Source: Polyangiales bacterium
Lineage (GTDB): Bacteria; Myxococcota_A; Polyangia; Polyangiales; Polyangiaceae
Length of the DNA: 64,000 nucleotides
Assembly (NCBI GenBank): GCA_038230375.1
Contig: JBBRNJ010000028.1
Coordinates: 1-64,000 of the forward strand
Direction: 5' to 3'
The notes beneath the pieces are model-generated. The model had not been told where the DNA came from. It made no database searches and saw only the letters and a program-made list of their open reading frames with translations. Every line of letters begins with the position of its first letter. Within the stretch, counting starts at the first letter, position 1. The position numbers and the translations under genes are program-made. Positions 1-9,788 of the stretch are shown here, one piece after another.

Positions 1-993
1 GTTGAGGAGGCCGTGCTTCGCGAAGTCGCCAAGGTAGCGGCCCATGTCCGCAGGCTCGAGATCGAAGCCGGTGGGGGCGAGCGCGTTGGGGAGCCCTGCA
101 TTCGGGTAGCAGGAGATCGCGGCGTCTGCCTTGTTCGAGAGCTCCTCCAGGAACGGGTACATGAGGTCCGGCCCGAGCGAGCAGTTGAGACCGATCGAGA
201 GCGGATGCACGTGGCGAAACGCGTTCCACAGCGCCTCCACCGTCTGCGCGGAGATCATGGTCTCCCCGCCCCTGCCCACGGCTGCAGAGATCATGATCGG
301 GAGCTTCACCTTGTCCTATACGAAGACCTCCTCGATCGCGACGATCGCTGCCTTCGCGTTCAGTGAGTCGAAGATGGTCTCCACGAGCAGCACGTCCGAG
401 CCGCCTGCGATGAGCGCGCGCACCTGTCGTGCATAGGCGCTCTTCACCTGCTCGAACGTGACCACGCGGAAGCCCGCATCATCTGCGTCCGGCGAGTTGG
501 AGAGCGAGACCGTGAGCGGGCCGATCGCCCCCGCGACGAACCGCGGCACGCCGTCTTTTTGCGCGGCGCGCTCCGCGACAGTGCGACACTGCCGCGCGGA
601 CGTCTCGTTGATCTCCCATGCGAGTGCGTCCAGGAACGGGTCGTCGACGATCTTCTGGTAGAACTCGGGATCCTTGCGGCCGCCGTGCTCGCGCGGATCG
701 TCCACGAAGAACTCGCTCTGCGTGATGCTGGTGGCGCCGAAGGTGTTCGTCTCGATGATGTCCGCGCCGGCTTCCAGGAAGCGCCGATGGATGTCCATGA
801 TCATGTCCGGCTGGGTGAGCGAGAACAGGTCGCCGTTGTTCAGGAGATCCTTCTTGCTCTTCTTCCACCGCTCGCCACGGATGTCCGCCTCCTTCATGCC
901 GTAGGTGCGGATGGTGGTGCCCATGGCGCCGTCGATGACGACGATCCGTTCGCGGACGAGCTTCTCGAGCGGGTGTTGCGGCTTGTCTGACAT
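1..993 (-). pseudogene. metH: Cobalamin-dependent methionine synthase, N-terminal Hcy-binding domain; runs off the window; in-frame TAG at 316-318
   Basis: IDGAMGT, GADIIETNTFGA, FVAGAIGP and LLVETIFDSLNAKAA motifs. After the TAG the same frame continues DKVKLPIMISAAVGRGG...IGLNCSLGP...CYPNAGLPN to the window edge. Confidence 0.9.
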
Positions 994-1009
994 CACGGGT
1001 TCTCTCGGT

Positions 1010-1933
1010 TCAGTGTTGGAGCGTCTCGGCCACGGCAAGGACGACGCGGAAGTGGGGCTTCTTGGACTCGCGGCAGGCGACCTCGCAGGAGCGGGTGCGA
1101 AGACCCGCGCGCGTGAACATGCCGCGGAGCTTCTGCGGGGAAAATCCCTGGTGCCGCTCGCCGTACGGTGCGGTCTGGTCCTTGTGCTCGTGACGGTCGA
1201 GCGACAGCACGACGAGCCGGCCGCGTGGCCGCAGCACCCGCGCACACTCGGCGACCACGCGCTCTGGACGCGCGGCGTACGTGAGCGTGTGGAAGAGCAG
1301 CACGTCGTCGAACGAGCGGGCGCGGAAAGGGAGCTCGTGCGCGTCTGCGACCTGCGTGCGGACGTGTGGGCTGCTTGCGAAGCGCGCCTTTGCTGCGTCG
1401 ACCATGCGCGAGCTCTGGTCCACGCACGTGACCGACTCTGCGTACGGCAACAGATAGCTCGCGACCGCGCCGTCTCCTGCGCCCACGTCCAGCACGTCTC
1501 CCAGGCGCAAGAGCGCGGACAGACCAGCGGACAGCGACTGCCACGTCCGGCCTGGCGAATAGTGGCGCTCCATCTCGCCCGCGAACGATTCCGGCAGTCC
1601 GCCGCGGCGCTCGGCCGTGAGCGCGGAGAGCCGTGCCTGGTCGCTCGCGAGCGTGGCGTCGTTGGTGCGGGTCGCCTCTGTCAGGATCTCGCGCGCCGTG
1701 TTCGGCAGGGGGGTGGCCAGCGCGTAGAACGTGTGTTGCCCGTCTCGCCGATCGCGCAAGAAGCCGCCGTCGCGCAGGCGACCCAGGTGCGTGGACACGC
1801 GCGATTGCGAGATCCCCGTCACGCGCACCAGGTCGCCCACGGACAGCTCTCGCTCCGTGAGCAGGGCGCAGAGCCGCAAGCGGCTCTCGTCCGCGAGCAG
1901 GTTCAGGGCGCCGACGTAGGTGGAGAGTGACAT
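1010..1933 (-). CDS. ArsR-family HTH + SAM-binding methyltransferase-domain regulator (SahR/SamR-like)
   Basis: N-terminal LADESRLRL...SQSRVSTHLGRL ArsR HTH, C-terminal VLDVGAGDG SAM motif; directly upstream of metH. Confidence 0.9.
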   Translation of the reverse strand: MSLSTYVGALNLLADESRLRLCALLTERELSVGDLVRVTGISQSRVSTHLGRLRDGGFLRDRRDGQHTFYALATPLPNTAREILTEATRTNDATLASDQARLSALTAERRGGLPESFAGEMERHYSPGRTWQSLSAGLSALLRLGDVLDVGAGDGAVASYLLPYAESVTCVDQSSRMVDAAKARFASSPHVRTQVADAHELPFRARSFDDVLLFHTLTYAARPERVVAECARVLRPRGRLVVLSLDRHEHKDQTAPYGERHQGFSPQKLRGMFTRAGLRTRSCEVACRESKKPHFRVVLAVAETLQH

Positions 1934-1979
1934 CTGCTTATCCAGATATGCAAATAGTCTCTCCCGGGCCGCACGTCAA
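1930..1979 (-). promoter_or_regulatory. sigma70-type promoter and palindromic operator of the regulator-metH operon
   Basis: Minus strand TTGACG (1974-1979), 17 bp, TATTTG (1951-1956); palindrome ACATCTGC-TTAT-CCAGATAT at 1930-1949 overlaps the ATG. Confidence 0.65.
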
Positions 1980-2029
1980 CGTCAGTACCGGAGCTCGGGC
2001 AGGTGACCTGCACGGACCTGTGGTGGTAG

Positions 2030-2512
2030 GTGCCTTCTGTGCGAAAGGCGCTCGTCGTCGGCAAGGAAGCGGTCACTGTGGAGGCGGAGGCGGACGCGTC
2101 GTTCCTGTCGCTCCTGCGCGAGCCGCTCGGGCGGAAGTCCGTCGTTCGTGGTTGCGCGAACGGCGAATGCGGCGCCTGCCGCGTGATGGTGAACGGCGCG
2201 CTGTTCGCCGCGTGCAAGCTCGCGCTCCGCGACATACCCGACAGCGCGACCATCCTCACGCGCGAGGACGTGGACCACGAGCCCGACGTCGTGGCCACCG
2301 TCAGCGCCTTCGAGGCCGAGCGCCCGACACGCTGCCGTCTCTGCGTCGGCGGCCTGGCAGTGACTGCGCACCATCTCACGCGTCCCGACGCCCCCGCATT
2401 GCCGCCCATGGCCGAAGCCATCGACAACGCGCTCACCCACGCCACCTGCATGTGCACGGGCCGCGCCTCCTTGCGCCGCGCGCTCCACACGTCGCTCGTG
2501 CGCGGCGCGTGA
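2030..2512 (+). CDS. (2Fe-2S)-binding protein, CoxS/xanthine dehydrogenase small-subunit-like
   Basis: GCANGECGAC...AC and CRLC...CMCTG cysteine motifs. Confidence 0.8.
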   Translation: MPSVRKALVVGKEAVTVEAEADASFLSLLREPLGRKSVVRGCANGECGACRVMVNGALFAACKLALRDIPDSATILTREDVDHEPDVVATVSAFEAERPTRCRLCVGGLAVTAHHLTRPDAPALPPMAEAIDNALTHATCMCTGRASLRRALHTSLVRGA

Positions 2513-2515
2513 GGC

Positions 2516-3769
2516 CTACTGCATGGGTGGTTGCAGCGCGTCCACGGGCGACGTCGACGCTGGCAGCGGATGTTCTGTGGGCCGCGGGAGGATGTGGTGC
2601 CACCGCTCCTTCCCCGTTGCCAGGTCGAAGCCGGCGAGCTGCGGAATGATCTCCGTGTAGCTGAGGCCCAGGTGATGGACGATCACGGTGCGACCGACGA
2701 CGACGAAACGCAGATCGACGTCCTGCAGGCTGCCGACGAGCGCGGTGACTCTTCCGGTCACGATGTCGAGGATGCTCCAGTCGGTGAGCTGCGCCTTTGC
2801 GAGACCCTGGGGATGCACCAGCAGGGTTCCCGGCTTCGAGAAGGCGATGAAGCGACCATCCGCGCTGCGTTGCGACCTGTACAGGGCGTCTCTTGCGGTG
2901 CGGATGACGCGCGTCTTTCCGTCGGCTGCCGTGTGGCGGAACTCGAGCGGGCTCTGTCCCATCGGCTCGACGCGCGCGCCATCAAAGGTCGCGGTGTTCA
3001 TGCAAGTCTGGTTCTGGCACGCGACGAACGGCGCTGGTGCTGGGGCGTCCTTGTCGTCGACGCGAGCGAGCTTGTTGCCTCGCATCTCGAGGAGCTCTGT
3101 GCTGCCTTCGCAGACCCACTGCGGCGCCGCCACCGGCCCGTACTCCTGGTAGTGACAGGTCTCGCTGCCGTGCGCGACGAAGGTGCGTTCGCCGCTCGTG
3201 AAGCCTGCTGCCGCGACCGCGCACCTACGCTCTGGCGTCGTTGGCGAGGCCGGACAGGCCCAGCCGACGCCGCACGTGGACGGTGGCTCGGCTAGCTCGC
3301 GCATGGCGCCCGTCGCCAGTTCCAGCCACGCGGGCTCTGTGCGCGTGGTCACGAGCAAACGCGCATCCGTCGCGAGGATGGGCAGCCGCGCGAACTCTGA
3401 CGTCCAGCGCTCCTTCCCCGTGACGGGGTCGAGGGCGACCAGCGCGTGCTCCCCATCGCCGACGAGCAGCAGCGACTCGGAGGCGAGCACGTGCAGTGCG
3501 GTCTGCGGCGGTCGGGTGAGTCCCCACGGCCCAAAACGAACGGCGGTCCACCCAGCCGCACGCTCCGGAGGCGGAGCCGGACCGCGCAGGACGCGCGACG
3601 GAACGGACGTCTGACTGTCCGCAAATCGCCGACAATCGACAGCTGCCTGGGCTGGGGACTCCGAGGCTGCGGTGGAGCTGGTCGCTGCTGGCTGGGTGTC
3701 CGCGCTGCTGTGTGCGACGACAGGCGCCCCACACGCCACCAGAAGGACGAACACCCAGCTGCGCCGCAT
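2516..3769 (-). CDS. Putative lipoprotein with PQQ-like beta-propeller repeats
   Basis: Lipobox LLVAC; LVALDPVTGKERW and AGFDLATGKERW repeats. Confidence 0.65.
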   Translation of the reverse strand: MRRSWVFVLLVACGAPVVAHSSADTQPAATSSTAASESPAQAAVDCRRFADSQTSVPSRVLRGPAPPPERAAGWTAVRFGPWGLTRPPQTALHVLASESLLLVGDGEHALVALDPVTGKERWTSEFARLPILATDARLLVTTRTEPAWLELATGAMRELAEPPSTCGVGWACPASPTTPERRCAVAAAGFTSGERTFVAHGSETCHYQEYGPVAAPQWVCEGSTELLEMRGNKLARVDDKDAPAPAPFVACQNQTCMNTATFDGARVEPMGQSPLEFRHTAADGKTRVIRTARDALYRSQRSADGRFIAFSKPGTLLVHPQGLAKAQLTDWSILDIVTGRVTALVGSLQDVDLRFVVVGRTVIVHHLGLSYTEIIPQLAGFDLATGKERWHHILPRPTEHPLPASTSPVDALQPPMQ

Positions 3770-3779
3770 GTCTTACTAG

Positions 3780-4410
3780 CTACTGAGCGGCGACGTGAAA
3801 GTCCACGTCCCACGCCTGCGCGGACATCGGGTTGGGCAGCCACGAGGCGCCCGTCCTGTCGATCGCGAGCTTGCCGTTCGTTACCGCGCCGGTGAACGTG
3901 AACGTCCGCGCGTTGCCTTCGAGCGGGTTGAAGTCGTGCGTGAGCTTGCCTGCGAGCGTGCCGTCGGGCTGGACGGTCGCCTCGACCGTGGGTCTCCGTG
4001 CTCGCGAACAGGGTGACCCCGCCCGAATACGTGGAGGTGACCGTGCCCTTCACCACGGGCGAGCGCGCGAGGTCGATCGTGAGGGCGCTGGTCCCGGTGC
4101 ACGTGATGTCGTGGAGCACGGATGCCCCGAGCTTCTCGGTCGTATGCATCGTGTACGTGCCCGCATAGGCGTGAGCGAACGACGCGCACATCGCGCCGTC
4201 CGTCGTGCCGTCGCAGTCGTTGTCGACGAGATCGCACACCTCCACCGCCTTCGGATGGACGCCGACGTTCTTGTCGTTGCAGTCCGTCTTGTCCGCGACG
4301 TAGCCGGACGGCTTCGCGCACGCGCTGGTCGCGGACTTCGCGTCGCCATAGCCGTCGCCATCCGCGTCGGCGTAGAACGTCTGCGGCGTGCACGCACCAC
4401 CGTCGGTCGT
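3780..4410 (-). pseudogene. 5'-truncated, frameshifted remnant of a secreted protein with a Cys/Asp-rich putative metal-binding repeat
   Basis: YADADGDGYGD...DCND...EVCDLVDNDCDG motif; near 3990 coding sense moves to another frame (TVEATVQPDG...WDVDFHVAAQ*); no convincing start or signal peptide. Confidence 0.6.
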
Positions 4411-4605
4411 CTTGCGGACTGCGCGCCGTGTTCTGACGGAGCCGCTCCGTGATGATTCGAACAAATCGCTCGCTGGGCTTGTTTTTCCCTGTCGCGTGAA
4501 CCCGGAGTCACGCCCCCTTGTGAACCGGAGTTGGCGATCGCCCGACGCGCATCGAGCAATCCAGGGCGCAGCGCATGGAACACATGATGCCCTTGGGCCG
4601 ACGCC

Positions 4606-6006
4606 ATGCGAACGCCGATGCACCTCTTGGGAATGGCTTTCTGGTCGGCGGGTCTCGTGAGCGCGCTCGTCGTCGGCTGTAGCTCCGACGGGTCCACCGC
4701 CATCGGTGCAGCTCCCGACGGAGGCGCAGGCGCCGTTGGCGACGATGCCGGCGGTGTTGGCTCGTCCACCGACGCCGGGAAGGTCGTTGCGCCCAAGGAT
4801 GCGGGACCAGGTGAGAAGGGTGATGCAGGCCCCGCCTCCTTCCCGCTCCACCGCGACCTCGGCTATGCGGAGCCATTCCTCATCGATCGCGGGCCGTTCA
4901 ACATCGCGTGGACCGACGCAGGCGAGCTCTACGCGGGGACGACGTCCGCAAATCCGATGACCCTCACCAAGTTCACAGCCGATGGCAAACCGGACGTGAC
5001 GTTTGGAAGTGGCGGCTCGATCGACGTCTCGTTTCCCGTGACGGCGTACGCGGTGTCCCAGCTGGCTCTGGACTCGGCCGGGCGAATCGTCGTGGTGGGT
5101 GGTGGCGCCGGCGGTGCCTGGGTCGCAAGGTTCACGAGCGGTGGAGCGCTCGACACGTCGTTCCACGCGCCCGACGGGGTTGCGCCCATCAACTCGGGCA
5201 CGAACACGATCGTGGCTCAGGACGTCGCGCTTCTGCCCGACGACACGATGCTGGTTCGATGGACAGAGACGGCCCAGGGCACGAGCTTCCCGGTGACGCG
5301 TCACATAAGGAAGTACGTCGCGACCGGCGCCATCGACACCACGTACGGGGCTCTGGGCGACGCTACCCTCCCAGCGAACGAGGACTACGCAGCGATGTCA
5401 CTCGCTGGCGATCGACTCATGGTGACGGGTCAGTCTGCACAGAAGAACGACGGCTCTGGCAGCGCCAACGCCGTGGTCACGCGCCTGACGAACGCCGGCG
5501 CGCTGGACACGACCTTCGGGACGGGTGGCACCGTGGTGCTCGCCGCCACTGGCATGATGCTCACCGCAGACCTCCTTCAGGGCTTCCCTGATGGGTCGTC
5601 GCTGGTGATAGGCCAGCACACGAACAGCGACGTGGCCCGCCTGTGGCGCGCGGGTGCAAGCGGCTCGCTGGACTCCAAGTTCACCGGAGCAGGGCAAGTG
5701 GACGTGCCTGCGTACACGATGTTCACGTCATCACGCACCGCGGACGGACACCTTCTCCTTGGCGGAAGCACTGCGATGGGCACCGGGAACGCGGCCGTGT
5801 GGGGGTTCGCGGCCAACGGCCAAGCAGCGCTTGCCTTCGGAGCGAACGGCATCCTCACACTGCCTCTGAAAGGAGCGCCGCCAGCGGGCGGGCCCGACTT
5901 CGTGACGGGGCTCCGTACGTTGCCGTCTGGCAAGGTGATGGTGAGCGTGCGTCAGTGGAACAGCGTGGGCACGCAGGCGCTCGCGATCTTCCGGCTCACG
6001 CCCTGA
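4606..6006 (+). CDS. Delta-60-repeat (DUF5122-like) beta-propeller lipoprotein
   Basis: Lipobox LVVGC; repeated R/KFxxxGxLDxxFGxxG units. Confidence 0.75.
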   Translation: MRTPMHLLGMAFWSAGLVSALVVGCSSDGSTAIGAAPDGGAGAVGDDAGGVGSSTDAGKVVAPKDAGPGEKGDAGPASFPLHRDLGYAEPFLIDRGPFNIAWTDAGELYAGTTSANPMTLTKFTADGKPDVTFGSGGSIDVSFPVTAYAVSQLALDSAGRIVVVGGGAGGAWVARFTSGGALDTSFHAPDGVAPINSGTNTIVAQDVALLPDDTMLVRWTETAQGTSFPVTRHIRKYVATGAIDTTYGALGDATLPANEDYAAMSLAGDRLMVTGQSAQKNDGSGSANAVVTRLTNAGALDTTFGTGGTVVLAATGMMLTADLLQGFPDGSSLVIGQHTNSDVARLWRAGASGSLDSKFTGAGQVDVPAYTMFTSSRTADGHLLLGGSTAMGTGNAAVWGFAANGQAALAFGANGILTLPLKGAPPAGGPDFVTGLRTLPSGKVMVSVRQWNSVGTQALAIFRLTP

Positions 6007-6034
6007 GCTGGCTGCGCTCAAAGAGCGAGCTCAC

Positions 6035-6067
6035 AAAAGCCACGTGCCCGCTTTCGCGGGCACATGG
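6035..6067 (-). terminator. Intrinsic terminator downstream of rnpB
   Basis: Minus strand CCATGTGCCCGC-GAAA-GCGGGCACGTGG followed by CTTTT. Confidence 0.75.
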
Positions 6068-6485
6068 GTCGACGTCGTCCGTAAGCCGAGTTCTGTCCCC
6101 CGCCGAGGTCGTCCCCGTCGAGGCAGCGATCATTCATCTAGGAGCGCAGTTACCTGCGCCCTCGAGCAGCCTACCCACGGACTCGGGCGAGTAGCCCTCC
6201 GGAAGCTCCGGGTTGCCCCTTTGCTTCTTTCGTCCGCCTACATGGCTTTGCTCCCGATGGGTGTTGCCTAGCCGCCCTCGTTACCGAGGAACGCGGTGGG
6301 CTCTTACCCCGCCGTTTCACCCTTACATGTAGAATGCAAGCATTCGCATGCGGTCTGTTTTCTGTTGCAGTCTCCTCGGCGTTTCCGCCACCGGGCGTTA
6401 CCCGGCATCGCACTCTCTGGAGCTCGGACTTTCCTCCCGCTCCGCCCTTGCGGGCTCGGCCGGCGATCGCTTGTTCGGCGTCGAC
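6068..6485 (-). ncRNA. rnpB: RNase P RNA, bacterial type A
   Basis: Minus strand GGGAGGAAAGTCCGAGCTCC, GGGTAACGCCCGG, GGGTGAAACGGCGGGGTAAGAGCCCACC and ACAGAACTCGGCTTA; P1 formed by terminal GTCGAC-containing arms. Confidence 0.95.
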
Positions 6486-7909
6486 ACGGACTCCGTAGCA
6501 CCTCCCGATCGACAAATACAGGCGAACCCGAGCGCGCACACGAACGGGGTCGTCACGAGGCCATAGCGACCGCCGCCAAAGAATATCGCATGCATGATGC
6601 ATGTTTCGACGATGATGGCGACGGCGGTGACGCGCAGCACGGTCGCGTGACGAAGCCGCTCTCGCTCCGCGAACGCAAGCGCAGAGAGCGCGAGGACGCC
6701 CACGGTACCCCACGGCAAGAAGCACGCGGCCGTGGCGATGCTGCCGAGCGCGCGTCGTGTCCCCCGCCTGCCGCGCACCCCCAGCGTGAAGCACGCAAGG
6801 GCAAGGAACGCGCGCGACGCGATGGTCTCCACGGTCGCGAGGATGACCTTCTCCCTGTACTCGAAGCGACGTGTTGCGGGCTCGCCGCGCGCCGTGATGG
6901 CCTTCACGCGGTCGGCGTCGGCGGCCTCGATGTACCAGGGTGCAGCACCGAAGTAGTCGAAGGTGGTGCCGAGTTTTCGCGGGACCTTCGCGAGCCACGC
7001 GCCCGGATGGGCGATGATCGCGCGCTCCGCCGCGGCCTCGAAGCAGCGATCCTTGCCGGCCTCGGACCAGACCGTCTTGCACTCGTCGGGCACCTCCACC
7101 GTTGAGAACGAGCCGTTCTGCGACTGCGTTCCGATCAGCAGGTTCCACCCGCCGTTCACGCTGACCAGCGCGCAGCGCTCCATGCGCGTGCAATTCCGCG
7201 CGGCCCACGGCGCGCACACGAGGAGCGCACCGGCCGTGATCACGCCGGCGAAGATCGCACGCCGCTTCGCAGATCCGCTTCCCGCCGCCAGCGCACCGAG
7301 CACCGGCGCCATGAGCAGACACTGCGGCCTCACGAGCGTGGCAACGCCCAGCATCAGAGCACCGAGCGCGAGAAGCAGCACCTGTCGTCCGGCGTTGCGC
7401 CCGCGCGCTGCCACGGAGAGCTCGACCAGCGCCGCAGCCGCAGCGAGGAGCGCGATCGCCGCGCCTTCGGTCATGAGCGCGAGCGTGTATGGAACGAGCG
7501 CCGGATGCAGCGCCACGACCATGGCCGCCACGGTCGCCAGTGAGCTCCTTCGCCGGGCCTCGTCCGTTGATGCGCCTTCCGCATGACCACGGGCGAGCAC
7601 GAACACCGACGCCGCCAGGAGCGCCCCGAGCAGCGCGTTCGCCACCATGGCGACCACCGGGCTCGCGCCGAAGATGCGGTATCCGATTGCGATGATCGCG
7701 GGGTAGCCGACCGGATAGTGGGCCGCGTAGGTGACGGTGCCGTCCGGCCAGAGCCACGTGTAGCCCTTCCCCTCCGACAACCTTCGCGCGAGCGTGTCGT
7801 AGTAGGTGCCGTCACCCGCGGGCGGAAGATCGTGTCCCCACGCGATGACGATGAGCCGCGCGCACAGCGCGGTGATCGCGGGCAGCCACGCACCGCGCGG
7901 CGCCTTCAC
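6398..7909 (-). CDS. Multi-pass membrane glycosyltransferase (GT-C, ArnT/PMT-like)
   Basis: GDGTYYDTLARRL, YPVGYP, LMTE and LVRP motifs; many TM segments; GTG start at 7909 inferred. Confidence 0.7.
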   Translation of the reverse strand: MKAPRGAWLPAITALCARLIVIAWGHDLPPAGDGTYYDTLARRLSEGKGYTWLWPDGTVTYAAHYPVGYPAIIAIGYRIFGASPVVAMVANALLGALLAASVFVLARGHAEGASTDEARRRSSLATVAAMVVALHPALVPYTLALMTEGAAIALLAAAAALVELSVAARGRNAGRQVLLLALGALMLGVATLVRPQCLLMAPVLGALAAGSGSAKRRAIFAGVITAGALLVCAPWAARNCTRMERCALVSVNGGWNLLIGTQSQNGSFSTVEVPDECKTVWSEAGKDRCFEAAAERAIIAHPGAWLAKVPRKLGTTFDYFGAAPWYIEAADADRVKAITARGEPATRRFEYREKVILATVETIASRAFLALACFTLGVRGRRGTRRALGSIATAACFLPWGTVGVLALSALAFAERERLRHATVLRVTAVAIIVETCIMHAIFFGGGRYGLVTTPFVCALGFACICRSGGATESVSTPNKRSPAEPARAEREESPSSRECDAG

Positions 7910-7925
7910 GCAGGTCTCCCGACGC

Positions 7926-8546
7926 TCACGGCGCGAGTCCGAGCTGCTCGAGCGCCGCGAGCACGTTCGACGCAGGAAGGCCGACGACGTTCGAGTACGA
8001 GCCATTGATCGCGGTCACGAACCCGGAGGCGCGACCCTGGATCGCGTAGCCACCCGCCTTGTCGCGTCCCTCGGCACTCGCCACGTAGCGCGCGATCTGG
8101 TCGTGGCTCATGGGCCGGAACTGCACCGACGTGGACACCGTCTCGCAGTGCTCGCCGTGCGCAGCGTGCAAGCAGAAGCGGGTGTGCACCTCGTGGGTGC
8201 GTCCGGCGAGGCGCGCGATCATGCGGCGACCTTGGTCGTCGTCGTCGCCCGGCTTTCCGAGCACGTCACCGTCCACGATCACGCTGGTGTCAGCGACCAG
8301 CAGAGCCGAGTACGTGTTCGGATCAAAGACCGTGAGCGCGCGGTCGCGCTTGTCGCCCACGATGCGGATGAGGTACGCGTCCGCAGACTCTCCCGGACGC
8401 CTGGTCTCGTCGACCTCCTGCGGAGAAACCACGTGCGGAACTCCGAGCACCGCCAGGATCTCGCGCCGGCGAGGCGATGCGCTGCCAAGCAGGAGAGGCA
8501 GACGAGGCGCGGGTGCTGGCGCTGCGATGGGGATGGTGGCGGGCAT
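7926..8546 (-). CDS. maf: Maf family nucleoside triphosphate pyrophosphatase
   Basis: LGSASPRRREIL, ADTSV, LGKP, DKAGGYAIQG, GSYSNVVGLP. Confidence 0.93.
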   Translation of the reverse strand: MPATIPIAAPAPAPRLPLLLGSASPRRREILAVLGVPHVVSPQEVDETRRPGESADAYLIRIVGDKRDRALTVFDPNTYSALLVADTSVIVDGDVLGKPGDDDDQGRRMIARLAGRTHEVHTRFCLHAAHGEHCETVSTSVQFRPMSHDQIARYVASAEGRDKAGGYAIQGRASGFVTAINGSYSNVVGLPASNVLAALEQLGLAP

Positions 8547-8627
8547 GGAGAGCGGCGCACTTTCCGTCCGACGCTCGCGCCTGTCAATCTGGGTCGCTGG
8601 ACCTTCTTTGTGGTAGGGTGCCGCGCC

Positions 8628-9788
8628 ATGCCGTCTTCGCGGACGATTGCCTCCGCCGGTCTCCTTGCCTCGTGTGCGTTTTTGTCCGTGAACCGCGCGG
8701 ACGCGAGCGACTGCACGAACCCGCTCGTGTCGACGTGCATCAACTCCGACACGTACTGGCCTCACGCCGGGCCCATGCGCATGCAGACCGTCGGCTCGGC
8801 GGAGACCGCGGACGAGGGGCAGGTCGCGTTCGGCCTGGTGACCACCTACCTCTCGCGGCCGATCGTGCTCAAGATCGCCTCGCCAGGCCCTGGCGGCAGC
8901 CAGCAGAACGTCATCGACAACCAGGTGAACGGCAACTTCCTCTGGGCGTACGGCGTCACCCGCCGCCTGCAGCTCGACTTCGCGCTTCCCGCCACCGTCA
9001 TCCAGGACGGCGCAGGCACAAGCCCGATCACAGGCGGCCCCACGCTGCGCGATACGGCCGTTCGCGATCTCCGCTTTGGTCTTGCCTACTCGATCATTCC
9101 GCGCCCGCGCGTGGACCTCGAGACGGCCGCCAAGAACAGGGAGAATGGCGTCTACGGCCTCACGACCCGCTTCGAGGTCTCGGCGCCGACCGGCGACCGC
9201 GATCAGTTCGCAGGCGAGCGCACCGCCGTGTTCGTGCCTTCGATCGCCGGTGACTACCGTCGCGGGCGGTGGTTCGGTGGTACCGAGCTCGGCTGGCGCA
9301 TGCGCCCCACCACGGAGTTCGCGGGCGCGCGCATCGGCCAGCAGTTCCTGCTCGCCATGGGTGTGGGGGCGGACATCCTTCCCAGGGAGCTGCTCGCGGT
9401 CTCCGTGGAAGCGCATGCACTCTACAACCTTCCGGAGCAGCACGACACGGCGCAGACCCTGACGGGTCTCTCCAGCCATGCGAACGGCTCGCACATCATC
9501 CCGGCCGAGTGGACGCTCGCCGCGCGTACGGCGCCGCTCCTGGCCGGCGACATCGCGTTCTCGCTCGGTGGCGGCGGCGCCATCCCGCTGGGCGATTCCG
9601 CGATCACCGCCCCTCGCTTCCGCTTCATCCTCGGCATCGTCTACGCGCCGCTCGGCCGCGACAGCGACGGCGACGGTGTCGTGGACAAGCAAGACCGTTG
9701 CCCTCACGACCCACAGTCCGAACGCAGCTATCGGCCGCGCGACGGCTGCACCCACGACAACCCGCCCGACGCAGAAACAGGAAAATGA
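8628..9788 (+). CDS. Secreted/outer-membrane beta-barrel protein with a C-terminal TSP3-like Ca-binding repeat
   Basis: Signal peptide; amphipathic beta strands; DSDGDGVVDKQDRCP. Confidence 0.6.
   Translation: MPSSRTIASAGLLASCAFLSVNRADASDCTNPLVSTCINSDTYWPHAGPMRMQTVGSAETADEGQVAFGLVTTYLSRPIVLKIASPGPGGSQQNVIDNQVNGNFLWAYGVTRRLQLDFALPATVIQDGAGTSPITGGPTLRDTAVRDLRFGLAYSIIPRPRVDLETAAKNRENGVYGLTTRFEVSAPTGDRDQFAGERTAVFVPSIAGDYRRGRWFGGTELGWRMRPTTEFAGARIGQQFLLAMGVGADILPRELLAVSVEAHALYNLPEQHDTAQTLTGLSSHANGSHIIPAEWTLAARTAPLLAGDIAFSLGGGGAIPLGDSAITAPRFRFILGIVYAPLGRDSDGDGVVDKQDRCPHDPQSERSYRPRDGCTHDNPPDAETGK

Noticed and set aside
316..318. Genome-wide amber recoding or pyrrolysine
   Set aside because: TAG ends conserved genes at the expected positions (nuoD, xerC, nuoG-adjacent genes use standard stops); no pyl genes in the window; KamDE is not PylB.
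3349..5304. 651-aa minus-strand ORF as one gene
   Set aside because: Chimeric: antisense to the delta-60 gene, then the pseudogene frame, then out-of-frame overlap with the next gene.
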